Assembly (NCBI GenBank): GCA_012295275.1
Contig: CM022671.1
Coordinates: forward strand, 15,562,001 to 15,626,000
Reading direction: 5' to 3'
Source: Chrysomallon squamiferum
Lineage: Eukaryota > Animalia > Mollusca
Length of the DNA: 64,000 bases
Position 1 is the stretch's first letter; each line of letters starts with the position of its first letter. The position numbers and the translations under genes are program-made. Below are positions 1 through 12,350 of this stretch, piece after piece. The notes below the pieces were generated by a model. That model made no database searches and was not told the origin of the DNA. It saw nothing but the letters and a program-made list of their open reading frames with translations.

Positions 1-1103
1 CTCACAGTTATATGCGTTATACTGAATAATCAGGTTTTATTTTTCATGTATTAATCTCACAATTCGGCGATTTCTATCTTTCTTAGCAATTTATAATAAT
101 ATTAAACTAAAAACTTTAAACGAGTGGAAACTGCTCAGATTACAAATATTTTTATCGGGTTATTAAAAATATATATTTATAACATTAACAGTAATTATTG
201 AGGATAAAATATAAAAACGTGTAAAAATTCAGATTTAGAATGAGATGACAAATTTTCATAAATATAAGCAATTAATATTTTATTTTTATTATTCTTACTG
301 AATTTGAAATACAAAATAACGTGTTGTTTTCATGTGGACTAAATATATATTACATTACTTAAGATCGGCTATATGAAAGGTATTTGTTATCAGATTCGAA
401 TATATACGTACAAACCTACATTTATATCCTCCATTTAAACTTGCGCCTGTCTCACAGATATATACGTGTATCATCATTTTTCAAAATGTCTGTTCTGCCT
501 GCACTTGTACCAGTGGTCAAATGTTTTAAACTGCAAAATACGTAATTGTGAGCTGCAATGATCAGATCTAATAAACTAAACTTCTAATCCAGTTTATTGA
601 TTTATACATATATCTTTTTTCTCTCTCTCTCGTCGCGACTCCAGGCGCTGCAACGACAGAACAGTGTTGTTTTAAAAAAAAAAAAAAAAGATTTCTGTGA
701 CTTAACTGCAGTGATATCTCAGTCAACTGGTACCGCCGTCTCTGCCCGTGCACGCGGTGCATTTCTCGATTTCTTGTAGTGGGTGGGACACGACGCTTTT
801 CCTCCATTATTCTGCCAAAAGCAGCGCCAAGCATTGATTGGTCACTAAGGTGACAAGTTAATTCTGTTTAAACGTGCTTATCTTGAAGTACATCGCACCT
901 CCCTGCTGGGGAAAAATATTGTCTTATTGGCTTTTGCTAGCACCGATCCATTCTGCTACTCGAACACGTTACGCATTAATTGATTTTACAACCAGCTTTC
1001 CCCGCCAATAGCAAATGCCGTCATCATCCACAGATTTTTATAATGTGCATAAATTTGAGAGTGACCGCCGTGGATTATTTCTTATTATGATGAAGCAATA
1101 TCG

Positions 1104-1313
1104 GTAAGACCTGTGATAAAGCAGAAGAAATCGGCTGGAAGATCAAAAGTACAGCAAATTGTTTTAGACGAAACAGTTTTTTAAAAAAGAAAAGTTATTT
1201 TTGAAAAAAAGAGAAAAGAACAACAAAAAAAAGAAGAACAAAAAGAACAAAATAAGAGAAAGACTTTCGCACCTACGTATATTTTAAGCAAATAGCGAGA
1301 GAAGGTGTTTCAG
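1104..1313 (+). other. Possible 5'-UTR intron of the neuropeptide gene
   Basis: Donor-like CG|GTAAGA at 1104 and acceptor-like GTTTCAG| at 1313, 18 nt before the ATG. TTTTATAA lies near 1035. The polypyrimidine tract is weak. Confidence 0.3.
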
Positions 1314-1331
1314 AAATTTGGATTTAAAACT

Positions 1332-2537
1332 ATGTGGTTCTTCGACTTTGTATGTTGTCTTGTCGTTTTAGTCTCGGGCGTTTTGGGAAACGCTTTCCAG
1401 GAAACTGGCAGCCAGTTTTTGAAACAATCTGAACGAAACAAAAGAGACACGTCTTCGCTTGACAGTTACTACTCACCGCAACAAGACGACGGCCAGTTTC
1501 CAGTGGACAAAAGACTTAGAGAATTTTTTGGAAAGCGAGGCGAACTATCGGCCGACAAGCGATTAAGGGAATTCTTTGGAAAGCGAGATGACCCAACCGC
1601 TCAGAAGAGACTAAGGGAATTTTTTGGTAAGCGTGATGACCCAAACAGACAAAAACGTCTGCGGGAATTTTTTGGTAAACGTGATAGCATCAACGAACAG
1701 AAAAGGCTTCGTGAATTTTTTGGAAAACGTGATGCTACTGAGGTTGATAAAAGACTAAGGGAATTTTTTGGAAAACGCGGTGATATTGAGGCTGATAAGA
1801 GGCTAAGGGAATTTTTTGGAAAACGCGGTGATATTGAGGCTGATAAAAGACTACGGGAATTTTTTGGAAAACGCGGTGATATCGAGGCCGATAAAAGACT
1901 AAGGGAATTTTTTGGAAAACGCGGTGATATCGAGGCCGATAAAAGACTAAGGGAATTTTTTGGAAAACGCGGTGATATTGAGGCTGATAAAAGAACAAGG
2001 GAATTTTTTGGAAAACGCGGTGATATTGAGGCTGATAAAAGGCTAAGGGAATTTTTCGGTAAACGGGACGACCCAACTGCGGATAAACGACTACGGGAAT
2101 TCTTCGGCAAACGGGACGACCCAACTGCGGACAAAAGACTTCGGGAATTCTTCGGTAAACGCGGAGACCTTGCTGCTGAAAAGCGACTCCGTGAATTCTT
2201 CGGGAAGAGAAGCGGACAGCCGACGGAAAAACGACTCAGAGAATTCTTCGGCAAACGAGACGCTCCCACTTTCAACAAACGTCTTCGAGAGTTCTTCGGC
2301 AAGCGCGATAAACTCGACGAAGCGACATCTGGTGGCAGCGAGACAGCGGAGAAAGAAATACCTGCACAACGAAACGAGCACAAAGAGCTTGGCCAGCTCA
2401 TTAGGATGACGAAACGAGACGTAGGAAAACGAGTCCGGGAATTCATTGGGAAAAGAAGCCTTCTGGCGTTTAACGAAGGTGCGGACGTCGGTTACAGTCA
2501 GTACAGCAAACGCGTTCGTGAGTTCATTGGGAAATGA
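1332..2537 (+). CDS. Neuropeptide precursor (401 aa) yielding amidated pentapeptides LREFFa x16, TREFFa x1, VREFIa x2; xxEF[FI]amide type (fulicin/EFLa-like or LRNFVamide-like)
   Basis: First ATG at 1332 (the ORF track's 1305 start is GTG). Hydrophobic signal-peptide-like N-terminus MWFFDFVCCLVVLVSGVLG. 19 peptide copies, each preceded by KR and followed by a Gly amide donor plus KR (GK-stop for the last). Acidic spacers. Precursor status is near certain; the family assignment is inference. Confidence 0.95.
   Translation: MWFFDFVCCLVVLVSGVLGNAFQETGSQFLKQSERNKRDTSSLDSYYSPQQDDGQFPVDKRLREFFGKRGELSADKRLREFFGKRDDPTAQKRLREFFGKRDDPNRQKRLREFFGKRDSINEQKRLREFFGKRDATEVDKRLREFFGKRGDIEADKRLREFFGKRGDIEADKRLREFFGKRGDIEADKRLREFFGKRGDIEADKRLREFFGKRGDIEADKRTREFFGKRGDIEADKRLREFFGKRDDPTADKRLREFFGKRDDPTADKRLREFFGKRGDLAAEKRLREFFGKRSGQPTEKRLREFFGKRDAPTFNKRLREFFGKRDKLDEATSGGSETAEKEIPAQRNEHKELGQLIRMTKRDVGKRVREFIGKRSLLAFNEGADVGYSQYSKRVREFIGK
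1509..2306 (+). repeat. Coding 48-bp (16-codon) tandem repeat, 17 peptide copies
   Basis: Peptide codons start at 1515+48n (copy 11 at 1995, copy 17 at 2283). Copies 6-11 (GDIEAD spacer) are nearly identical in DNA. Confidence 0.95.
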
Positions 2538-4140
2538 GTTCGCGTTCTGTCAGTGGGATCGTCTCACGTTTCAGAACAAAACAAATCTCTATTTAGAAAA
2601 CAAATGAATATATACTATATATATATTTAAAAAACCAAAAAAAAAAAAAAAACAAACGGAACTGCCTAAAAATTCAAAAACAAAACAAAACAAAACAAAC
2701 AAAAAAAATGTTTACACAGACACACACGGACTACGGACTATGGATATGGGTAAAATTTCCAACAAAAGAAGAAAAGAATAAAATTCCAGTTTAAAATAAA
2801 ATAGACATATGTAGAACTAGTAATGATTAAAAATGTAACTCGGCCTAGAAGAAAAAAAAGAAAAAAAATCCATCTGAAAAATAACGAGTGAATTCTATTG
2901 ACACTGACTAACATTTGAAAACCAGCGAGTGAGTTCCATTAACGTTGACTGTTGGCGTTGTGACAAGAGCACCGTACAGAAAATAGCATCTTACTTATTA
3001 CTTGCCCGGATTACACGATTCGCTGAGTAAAAAATGACAGGTAGAAATAATACGATTATGTTCAACCAATTGATTTAGTGTCTGCTTTTTATTTCACGGA
3101 TCACTTCTGGATACAGTATCTGGGTAATTTATTAACAAAAATCAATCATTTCTGTCCTATATATTAGAAATCTGTTTTTCTCCTGTTACAAATTATCAGT
3201 GAAATACATGGCTGTTATTCCGAGAAAAAGATTTTTTCTTATTTGTATTACAAAAATAATTTAGTTACTTATTTTACTGAGACATTGATTTATATTTATT
3301 TCTTAATATTAATTTCATGTGTTAAATGATAAGATAAGAAGTAGAAATCGTGTCACGTGACGAATGATATTTAACGTTACTAAAATTAAATATTTCTTGA
3401 AACGTCCATATATTATATGTGCACGCACATACACACATATATACATGCACATACACACATATACAAATACACACACATATATACAAAGACACACACATAT
3501 TAATTAATACAGCAATAAATATATATTTTACTTACAGATCAAATGAAAAATTACTTAATGCATTATAAATAACATTATTAATTGATATGTTATCACAAAA
3601 TTTGTTTTATTTGCTAGAACGAGATAGATGAATCGACCTATGCTATGCATATTTCAAAATGACTGAAAGTTTAGCATGAGCTAATTATTTCAGTCTATGG
3701 TGTTAGAGAAATAAAAAAAAAATAAAAAAAAAAAAAACATGAAATAAAATGTCTGTTTAAAAATCAGAGCCGTAATTATAGTGTAAAATAACAGTAAACT
3801 ATGACAACGAGTTCAGTCTTCTCTGGGAATTAACACGTAAAATATAAAATTTCTTTTATGTAGTTGAAAATTGTGATTTAAAAAAGGATAATCGGTTATC
3901 TTCTATGTTTATTTTATGTTCTGTTTTCGTTTCTAACTTCTCCAGTATCAAAAGCTTTTCTCTCTGTTATGTTTCTGTAAAGTTAATAACTAACTATAAT
4001 TTACTGCTGATAGTACTGATATCGTTTATTATCTTATTTTTGTTTATCTGAAAATAAATTTTAATACAAACCTAAAATCTAAAATAATAAAAACCTTATT
4101 CACCGAATAAAAAGGCATAAAAAAACCTATTTCAGTTCTA

Positions 4141-4198
<58 letters not shown>

Positions 4199-4619
4199 TT
4201 TTTTTTTACAAAATTAATGAATTTGGATTTACAGAAGAATAATTCTAAGTATCAGTTAACATCAATGTTATTAACGACACTGAAAAAAGAAAGAAACGGC
4301 AACATCAAAAATACAAAAATGTATTTATCTCTACAATTTTGATCAAAAGTTTCAGTTATCCATCTTTGATTTCGTTTTCTTTTTTTTCTTTTTTTCTCCT
4401 TATGCTATTAACACAGAAAGCAAGAAGTAAATATATTTTTAGTGTTTTTTGTTTGGGGTTGCCTTGTATTTTACAAATATACGATAATTGGATTAGTCAT
4501 GTGATAAAGCAGCTGTTTTAAACAACAACAACAACAGAACAAATGTCACCAATGCCACCCATCATGGTTATACAATCATTGCTGCTAGAATTACTAGTGT
4601 ACTTGATACTCCTGTAAGA

Positions 4620-5060
4620 ACTATTACCACTTGTATTACGACTGTGTGTACTATTTTATTACTATTACAGCTACTACAGTACTATTACAATTGATACCAT
4701 GCCTATTACTGTTGCTGTTATCATTTATATACTATTACTACTATTACTACTACTACCACTATGCTATTATTACTACTGTTTACAACTGCTGCTAATATTA
4801 CTACCATTGATAAAACATTACTACTACTGTTTGTATTGCTACTACTATGTTATTACTAATAGTGTTACAAGTGCGAATACAATTACTGCAACTATTATAC
4901 AGCTCTACTACTACTACAATTGCTACTCTATAGCATTTATACTACTGCTTCATTTGAAATTATTATTATTACTAATACTGTTATTATTATTTCTACTACC
5001 AGTAATATACTGTTACTACCACATCTGCTACTATTAACAGTGCTGCTACTATAGTGATAA
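4620..5060. repeat. Degenerate (CTA/TTA)n low-complexity tract
   Basis: Runs of ctactactattact; source of the spurious Leu/Tyr-rich ORF at 4699-5037. Confidence 0.8.
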
Positions 5061-5090
5061 TAAAAAAACAAATTAAAACACTAATGTTTG

Positions 5091-5127
<37 letters not shown>

Positions 5128-5527
5128 ATGTATGTACTTAAATTACTTTCCAGTTTTCGGCACGTTCTCTTATTTAATGTTCTCATTTTCATTCTTAAGA
5201 CAAAAATTTGTAACAACGTGTTTCAGTTTACTAGGATAATTCTGTTTTTCAATATAATAACGAAATTTTAAATTAATAGATAAATGTTCAGAGATGCTAG
5301 TTTTAATGACGTCTGTATTAACAGTAGTAACTACAGCAGTTATAGTAATAGGCGTAGCATTTAGTAGAAATAATAGTAGTAAAAGTAGCAATTGTAGCAG
5401 TTATAATAGTAGAAGTAGTATTTAGTAGAAAGAGTTATAGTAGTAATGGTGGTGGTAATGGGAAAACAGTAATTCTAGCAGAGAATAACAAATAACAGCA
5501 TTGACAAGATACGAAAACACAACACAC

Positions 5528-5690
5528 GACAAGACAAGTCAAGTCAAGTCAAGACAAGACAAGAAAAGACAAGACAAGACAAGACAAGTCAAGTCAAGTC
5601 AAGAAAAGACAAGAAAAGACAAGACAAGTGAAGATAGATCAAGACAAAACAAGACAAGGCATACAAGACCACACTGAATACGACAAGACA
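5528..5690. repeat. Pentanucleotide (GACAA/GTCAA)n microsatellite
   Basis: aagacaagtcaagtcaagacaagac... seen directly. Confidence 0.85.
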
Positions 5691-5935
5691 AGTAGTTGCT
5701 GCTGTAATACTGATGATGATGATATTATCTTTAGTAATGTAATAGTAGTAGTAGTATCAGCAGTAGTAGCAGTACTAGACAACATCTATATACTATCAGC
5801 TAATAATTACTTACATGCAGAAATATATAATGCCAGCAAAAATAATTCATAGATAAACATACAATTTATACTAATGATACTTGATTTCAATGTAAGTAAA
5901 TTATCATTTTTTTTAAACGTATGGGCAATGTGCTT

Positions 5936-5987
<52 letters not shown>

Positions 5988-6263
5988 TTAATAATTAATT
6001 AATAATAATAATAATAGTAATAATTTAATTTAATTTCAAATTTAAAAAGATACTAAATTAAGTTATCGAAAAGAGATTAAAAATATTTTAATTTAGCTTA
6101 CTGTTAAGCTCTCGTTAAAGAAAGTGATATATTTGTGAGTTAATGGAGTTATCTGCCCCTTCAGTTGATCTGTTTGTTACTCTGGTGACAGCTTATTGCA
6201 TTTGTGTGTTTCTGTTAACACGAACACAGTACACTGGACCAGTAATTAGATAAACAACTTTAA

Positions 6264-6511
6264 CCTTCTGAACCCCAGAGATCACGAAAAAATAAAAAAA
6301 TGTAAAAAAAAGTAAAACGTTTATACCCGAGCGGTTAATAATTTTACCATCACGTGTTGTTCATGTGTTATTTTTTATTAATAAAGCTGTACTCATTAGA
6401 TATTCAACCAACCAGCTTGTAAAGATCGAAAATGGATATTGCAAACTTTCGGCCATTTTGCCTGATGAGCTCTGGATGACGTGTTTGTATGTGAACTCAG
6501 GGTTGAAAGGG
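6264..6511. mobile_element. Degenerate piggyBac-type MITE (~250 bp)
   Basis: TTAA at 6260-6263 followed by CCTTCTGAACCCCAGAG. The right end CTCAGGGTTGAAAGGG is followed by TTAA at 6512-6515 (reverse complement CCCTTTCAACCCTGAG). Imperfect TIRs with TTAA flanks are the piggyBac hallmark. Confidence 0.55.
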
Positions 6512-7566
6512 TTAACATGTACGGAATCATGAATACTGCGAGGTAAAACGAACAATATATAATTATGTACATGTTAGTTTGCTTACTGTTTGTTTTCTAT
6601 GGGTTTTTATAGTTTCCTTATTTGTTGTATTTTGGGGGTTGGAATTTTGTTCCCCTCATTTTTTGCTATGTTTAATGAAATCTTCAAAATGAACCTCACA
6701 CGTCCAGTTAGTCTAAAGTTTTCAGGCTGCAAAAACGTAACAATAAAATCGTTGACGGTGGACCTACACTTTGGGCACCCCGACGTTTGAACTGTCACTG
6801 AAGTCCTTCGCAAACGGCAACAAGAAAATCTGGTAACCATTGTTATTTTTCTCAGTGGGCTTGTTTCATTACAGATCACTATTCGTTTAAAATAAATTTC
6901 GGCATTAGATATTTAGATTAATATTTTGAAGCAGTTTGGACTATCGTCACTTCTGGGGCCTCTGCTGAAGCTTAAACTTCGTAACAGATCCACTGTTCTA
7001 ATCATCATTATCATCATCATCATCATCATTATTAAACGAGAAAACATCACATATAAGCCATAAGTGTGAGTGCGAGTGCATATGAATGAACATCGAAATA
7101 AAAAGAAAAAACATATTTTACTTCACGATTTCAAAAAAATTCTACCAAAATGATACTGAAATTTCCAGTCACGTTTTGTTTTTAGTAATTTTAATTTTGT
7201 ACACGTTATTTTGTATATATATTTTTTTAAGACTTATTTTAGAGAGACGCAGAGAAAGTTTCTACTAAAACCCACAAGATGACAGAAAGTAGACGCTTGA
7301 CAGTTGACTAACAGACAGGCTATTTCTTAAAATATCTTTAAACATCCATAATTGTTGTTTTATCTAATTTTTTTCTTATTATTTTTTTAAAAATAAAAAT
7401 GAAAAAAGTACAGAAAAGTCATATTATGGCACTTATTAATAATAATCCTCAAATTATTAGAGCTGGGAGTGCAAGAAAAGGAGGAAAAAAGAAGAAGAAA
7501 AAAACTAGAATAACCATTTAAAAAATAGTCATAAAATCAGTTAAGTAATAAAGATGATGATGATGC

Positions 7567-7608
<42 letters not shown>

Positions 7609-7623
7609 TAAATAAACAAACGT

Positions 7624-7656
<33 letters not shown>

Positions 7657-8143
7657 ATAAATAAAAAAAGCAAGCTGAGAATCCTGGAAAGTGTTTGTAA
7701 GTTGTTTATTTTATCAGTAAATTTCGTTATTCAGTTTGAGAACATGAAATCGCACCCAATTAGCCGAGAGAAAACTCAGCAATTTCTACAACAGTTTTTA
7801 CGAGCATATCGAATTTACACAGGACAACAGTTTTGTGAGGTAATACTTGATGCCATTACATAACGTAACAACGTTAAGCGTCTTGTGATTTCTCTTCAAC
7901 AACATGCAAGTTGCTGGTGTATTTTTTGTTTCGTTATCGTTTGTAAATGATCCAGCGGACAAGAAACGTGGCCATTGACGTCGTAACAACAAGCTGCTTG
8001 AGTAAATATAAATGTATCGCGTATGTTATGTAATATAACCACACCAACAGCATTATTTAAAAAAACAAATAAAGAAAGAAAAATATAATAAACTAAGAAC
8101 CAGTTTCGTTTTGGAAATATTTTAATGTCTTTAATGGATTTAA

Positions 8144-8184
<41 letters not shown>

Positions 8185-9049
8185 ATTAACATACTTATAA
8201 TAAACATAAACATAATAATAATACTAACAATAATGATGTAATGGTGATGATAATGAATAATTTACGGAATTAAAATAAATTAAACAATTTTATAATAAAA
8301 TTGATGTAAATGGACTGCTATAATATTAATAATACAAACAGTTGTAAACTCACATTAAACTACATTTTGTATTAATTAAATAACTTTAACAAACACTGGG
8401 ATCGAAGAGATGATAACTTAAAATAGCGTTTCCTTAAATCTCCAGATCACGAATAACACTAACAGCTGATAGAATTAAAACAATGAGAAATTGTTGTTAA
8501 TGTTTTAAAAAAAAATGTTTGGTTTATGTTTCATCCTGCATTATGAAAACAGTCTCAAAATCGTTACAGTAAGAATGGAGGAGCTGTATTCGATAATTTA
8601 TCATTTGCATATGTGTGAAATTCCATAAACACTGAGAATATACCTCTATATGTATTCAGATATATTGTTTTCTATAAAAATCTGACAAATCTTTTAAGGC
8701 AAATTTGTCGATTATGAAAATATACAGATACGTAAAAATCAAATGTTTTTAGACTTTTTATTCTTCTTTTTTCTGCTATAATTTCTAATAACATAAAACA
8801 CAGATAAACACACACTCATAATTATATCTACTATTAAAAATTGACTTTTTAAACATTGACTGGTATTGCACTTCTTTAAAAGATGGATGTTGCCGTTGGA
8901 TTTCTTCGTAGAATGGCTAAACTGAGAATATATATTCAAATATCTTTTATTATAGTACTGAAAGATAGGTCAGTTAATATTTACTACTATTACTATACTG
9001 TCACTACTAGTTCTACAACTAGTTCCTGTACTACTACTATTACTACTAC

Positions 9050-9104
<55 letters not shown>

Positions 9105-10020
9105 ATTATTATTTGTAAAATAATCTCCGTAAATTTGCTTTGTTTTATTATACAAATTTTGAAACTTTTTGTTAATCTATTCGTGATGTATGTGTTTTCT
9201 AGATTAACGAAAATGTCTTTGATTATTAAAACAGAAGATTTAAAGAGCGACCTAGACAGCAGTTTCCTAACCAGGGACATAAAAAAATGTAAATTACATG
9301 ATGCTCATGATTATATATTTTTTTCACTGGCGGCTTGTATTCGTAAATTGTCAGAAAGCTGACGCCTTTCATACGGTAACTTGCACTGTTTTGTGAAGTT
9401 CTTTATGTAAGTTTAGGTATTCATTTCTCCTGTTCTTAACTTAGCTGAAAGCTTCGTGTTGTATCAGTATCTGGACTGGTAGGAAAATAGTTTCAGCAAT
9501 AACCAATCAGATTTCAGATATTTTATTACTCCAATTAGAGAGGGAAACAGCGATTCTTTTTTCCAGTTGCATCTAAATTTGTTCTCACTTCAAATATAAT
9601 TTAGATAATTCCATCTCTCGCTCGCCTTTTTTTTACTTGTTCTGTCCGCCATACTTGATTGATGCCACTAAACTTGAGTAGGCCGTTATGAGAAATGGAT
9701 TCTGCTAGACGCTAATGGGTCTGTCGTATGAATAGTCCGGACGTAACAGTGCTCTGTTAATCTCGTTCCGCTGACATACGTAACCTTTTATCAATACCGG
9801 TGATTTGGTCAACTTAACCACGGTTTGGACACAGTAGGTATAGAAAGGTTCGATCTCGACATAATTATACGTATGATGTATGAAGTACTTTGCCGGAGTA
9901 ATGCTGTAAATTACAACACGTAATTAGACGTGCCAAAGTTGCAGTTCAGAAGCCAGTACATTTAGCAGAGACGTGGTCCTACGAGATAGATAGTTTTACA
10001 ACGACATAGAAAGGAGGCTT

Positions 10021-10024
<4 letters not shown>

Positions 10025-10106
<82 letters not shown>
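10025..10106. repeat. (AG)n microsatellite
   Basis: Perfect AG run. Confidence 0.95.
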
Positions 10107-10110
<4 letters not shown>

Positions 10111-10585
10111 CAGCGAGAAAGAAAACATACACCTGCTATTTTAATTTTAATATAAATTGTAATAATTATATACTGTATTATTACTAACTGTATAATGTTA
10201 TAAGAAGAGTCTATAAAGAAAACGTCATTAAGCATTTCTTTTGTTCAAGATGATCATCAATATGTCGTTTATTTGTTTGTTTGTTTGTTTGTTTGTTTGT
10301 TTCTTTGTTTTGCTGGAGTGTACAGAAACTATTTTCTTATTTAAATTCATACCTTGTCGACTGGAACCATCGCAACTGCAGTGGACGTATTTATAAATTT
10401 GCGTATCATTTCTTGTAAACGATCATTCATGCAATCCGTTATGAAATAGAAACAGAAGGTTACAGTACAAAAAAAAATAATAATAATAAAAAATAAATCT
10501 ACATGCCACCATTTTTCAGTGTTTGTGACCTCATCACATTTAATGCGGACCGATATGCGGCTTTCAGTCCACTGTGTACATGCAA

Positions 10586-10593
10586 TGACGTCA
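10586..10593. promoter_or_regulatory. Full palindromic CRE (TGACGTCA)
   Basis: Exact consensus within a non-repetitive, CpG-containing island (~10350-10620). Function untested. Confidence 0.3.
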
Positions 10594-10719
10594 CGACTTC
10601 AGCTGTGAGGTGGTAAATAGGCAATGTTCAAATCATTGGTTGCTGTATTATTTTATTGTCGTAATTTGTTCTTAATGGCCATTAATGATATTAAGTTGTT
10701 TATACGAAATAATAATAAT

Positions 10720-10758
<39 letters not shown>

Positions 10759-11524
10759 CATACATACACACAGACACATAAATGTTTAAAGATCATTTAT
10801 TCATATCGCTAATGAAGGTTCACTTGCATCAAGCTGATTAATCTTTCATGAGTAATTATCTCAATATCATAATCTTTGAATTCAAAAGTAAAATAACAGT
10901 ATACTGACTAATGCTAAAATATATATATTTTTTTTTTTTGTTTTTTTAAACACGTCAGTGTAAAGTAACCTGGTTATCAGCCAATGCAAGGTCATCTTTC
11001 TTTATTCGCCTCAACTTTTTAATCTTCTGAATGTCATTTACATTATATTTGGCTTGCTCTTCCGGTTTCGGAATCTCGGTGTTTGCTATGAATAGACAGA
11101 TATTGATATTAGCTATTTATGTATATAATTTTAACCTATAGGCAGTAGTTACCTGTGATCTGTGACGTTGACAGATGTAATCTACGACACGAAATCTGAA
11201 GGGAAAAACTTACGTAAGTATTCTGTGTTGTTACGCTTGGAATGATTGTTAAGAAATCTCTGAGGACTGACAATACAAACAGTGCTAGTGAAGACAAAGT
11301 AACGAACATACTAAATTTACACATTTTGTTATCTATATTTATCATCACAAACTTTTATGTCAGTTAAACCAGTCAGCAGGTTTGATAAAAATCTAGAAAT
11401 AATTTTTAATGGGTAGCATGACTTTGGTGTTACTTTTTATTTCCGTTTTTTTTTTTTTTTTTTTGCATTCAAAGATACAAACATAGAGTTAGACACATAG
11501 AATCACATTCACAGAATCATTCAT

Positions 11525-11569
<45 letters not shown>

Positions 11570-11916
11570 GACACAAACAAACAAACTTGCATATATACAC
11601 ACAACACCCACACAAATGACGAAATTTATATCACTTAAACAAAAATTGCAGAAATAACAGTGGTCGTGTTATGTTATAAAATATTTACCAAGAAAAACGA
11701 AATCGTCTGGTAACAGATGAAAATAACAATCGATGGTAGAGACTTGCTTACACGTCTCCTCTTCACGATTAATTGTAAATGTGTCAACTTAATGCACATA
11801 GCATGCTCGCATCTGTGAATGCTAATGGCTGGGTCGGTGTAGCAAATTATCTTATTTCATATGAGAGAACGTCAACATTATTACTCTTCTAGCATTCACG
11901 GAACATGCCAAAAGTG

Positions 11917-11978
11917 ATCTATCTATCTACCTACCTACCTACCTACATACCTATCTATCTCTCTATCTACCTACCTAC

Positions 11979-12058
<80 letters not shown>

Positions 12059-12350
12059 ATATCTCTCTACCTATCTACCTACCTATCGATCTATCTATCT
12101 ACCTACCTGTCTATCTATCTATCTATCTCACTCTCTACCTACCTATCTATCTATCTATCTATCTACCTGTCTATCTATCTATCTATCTACCTACCTACCT
12201 ACCTACCTACCTATCTATATCTATATATATGTATGTATGTATGTATATGTGTGTATATATATATATATATAAATGTATGTATATATGTATGTATATATAT
12301 ATTTATGTATGTATGTATGTGTATATATATCTATATATGCGCATATCCAT
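11917..12350. repeat. Compound (TATC/TACC)n then (TATG/TA)n microsatellite
   Basis: Seen directly; explains the YLSI-repeat ORFs. Confidence 0.95.

Noticed and set aside
1305-1331. N-terminal extension from GTG 1305 (likewise GTG 45655 for ABCD)
   Set aside because: Non-ATG starts from prokaryote-style ORF calling; the in-frame ATGs at 1332 and 45649 fit better.
1509-2306. Repeat-spacer pattern resembling a CRISPR array
   Set aside because: In-frame coding repeat with synonymous variation in a eukaryotic gene; spacers are repeated and there are no cas genes.
1601-2446. 281-aa antisense ORF and other overlapping ORFs in the precursor
   Set aside because: Shadow of the 48-bp coding repeat; a stop-free unit propagates through the array.
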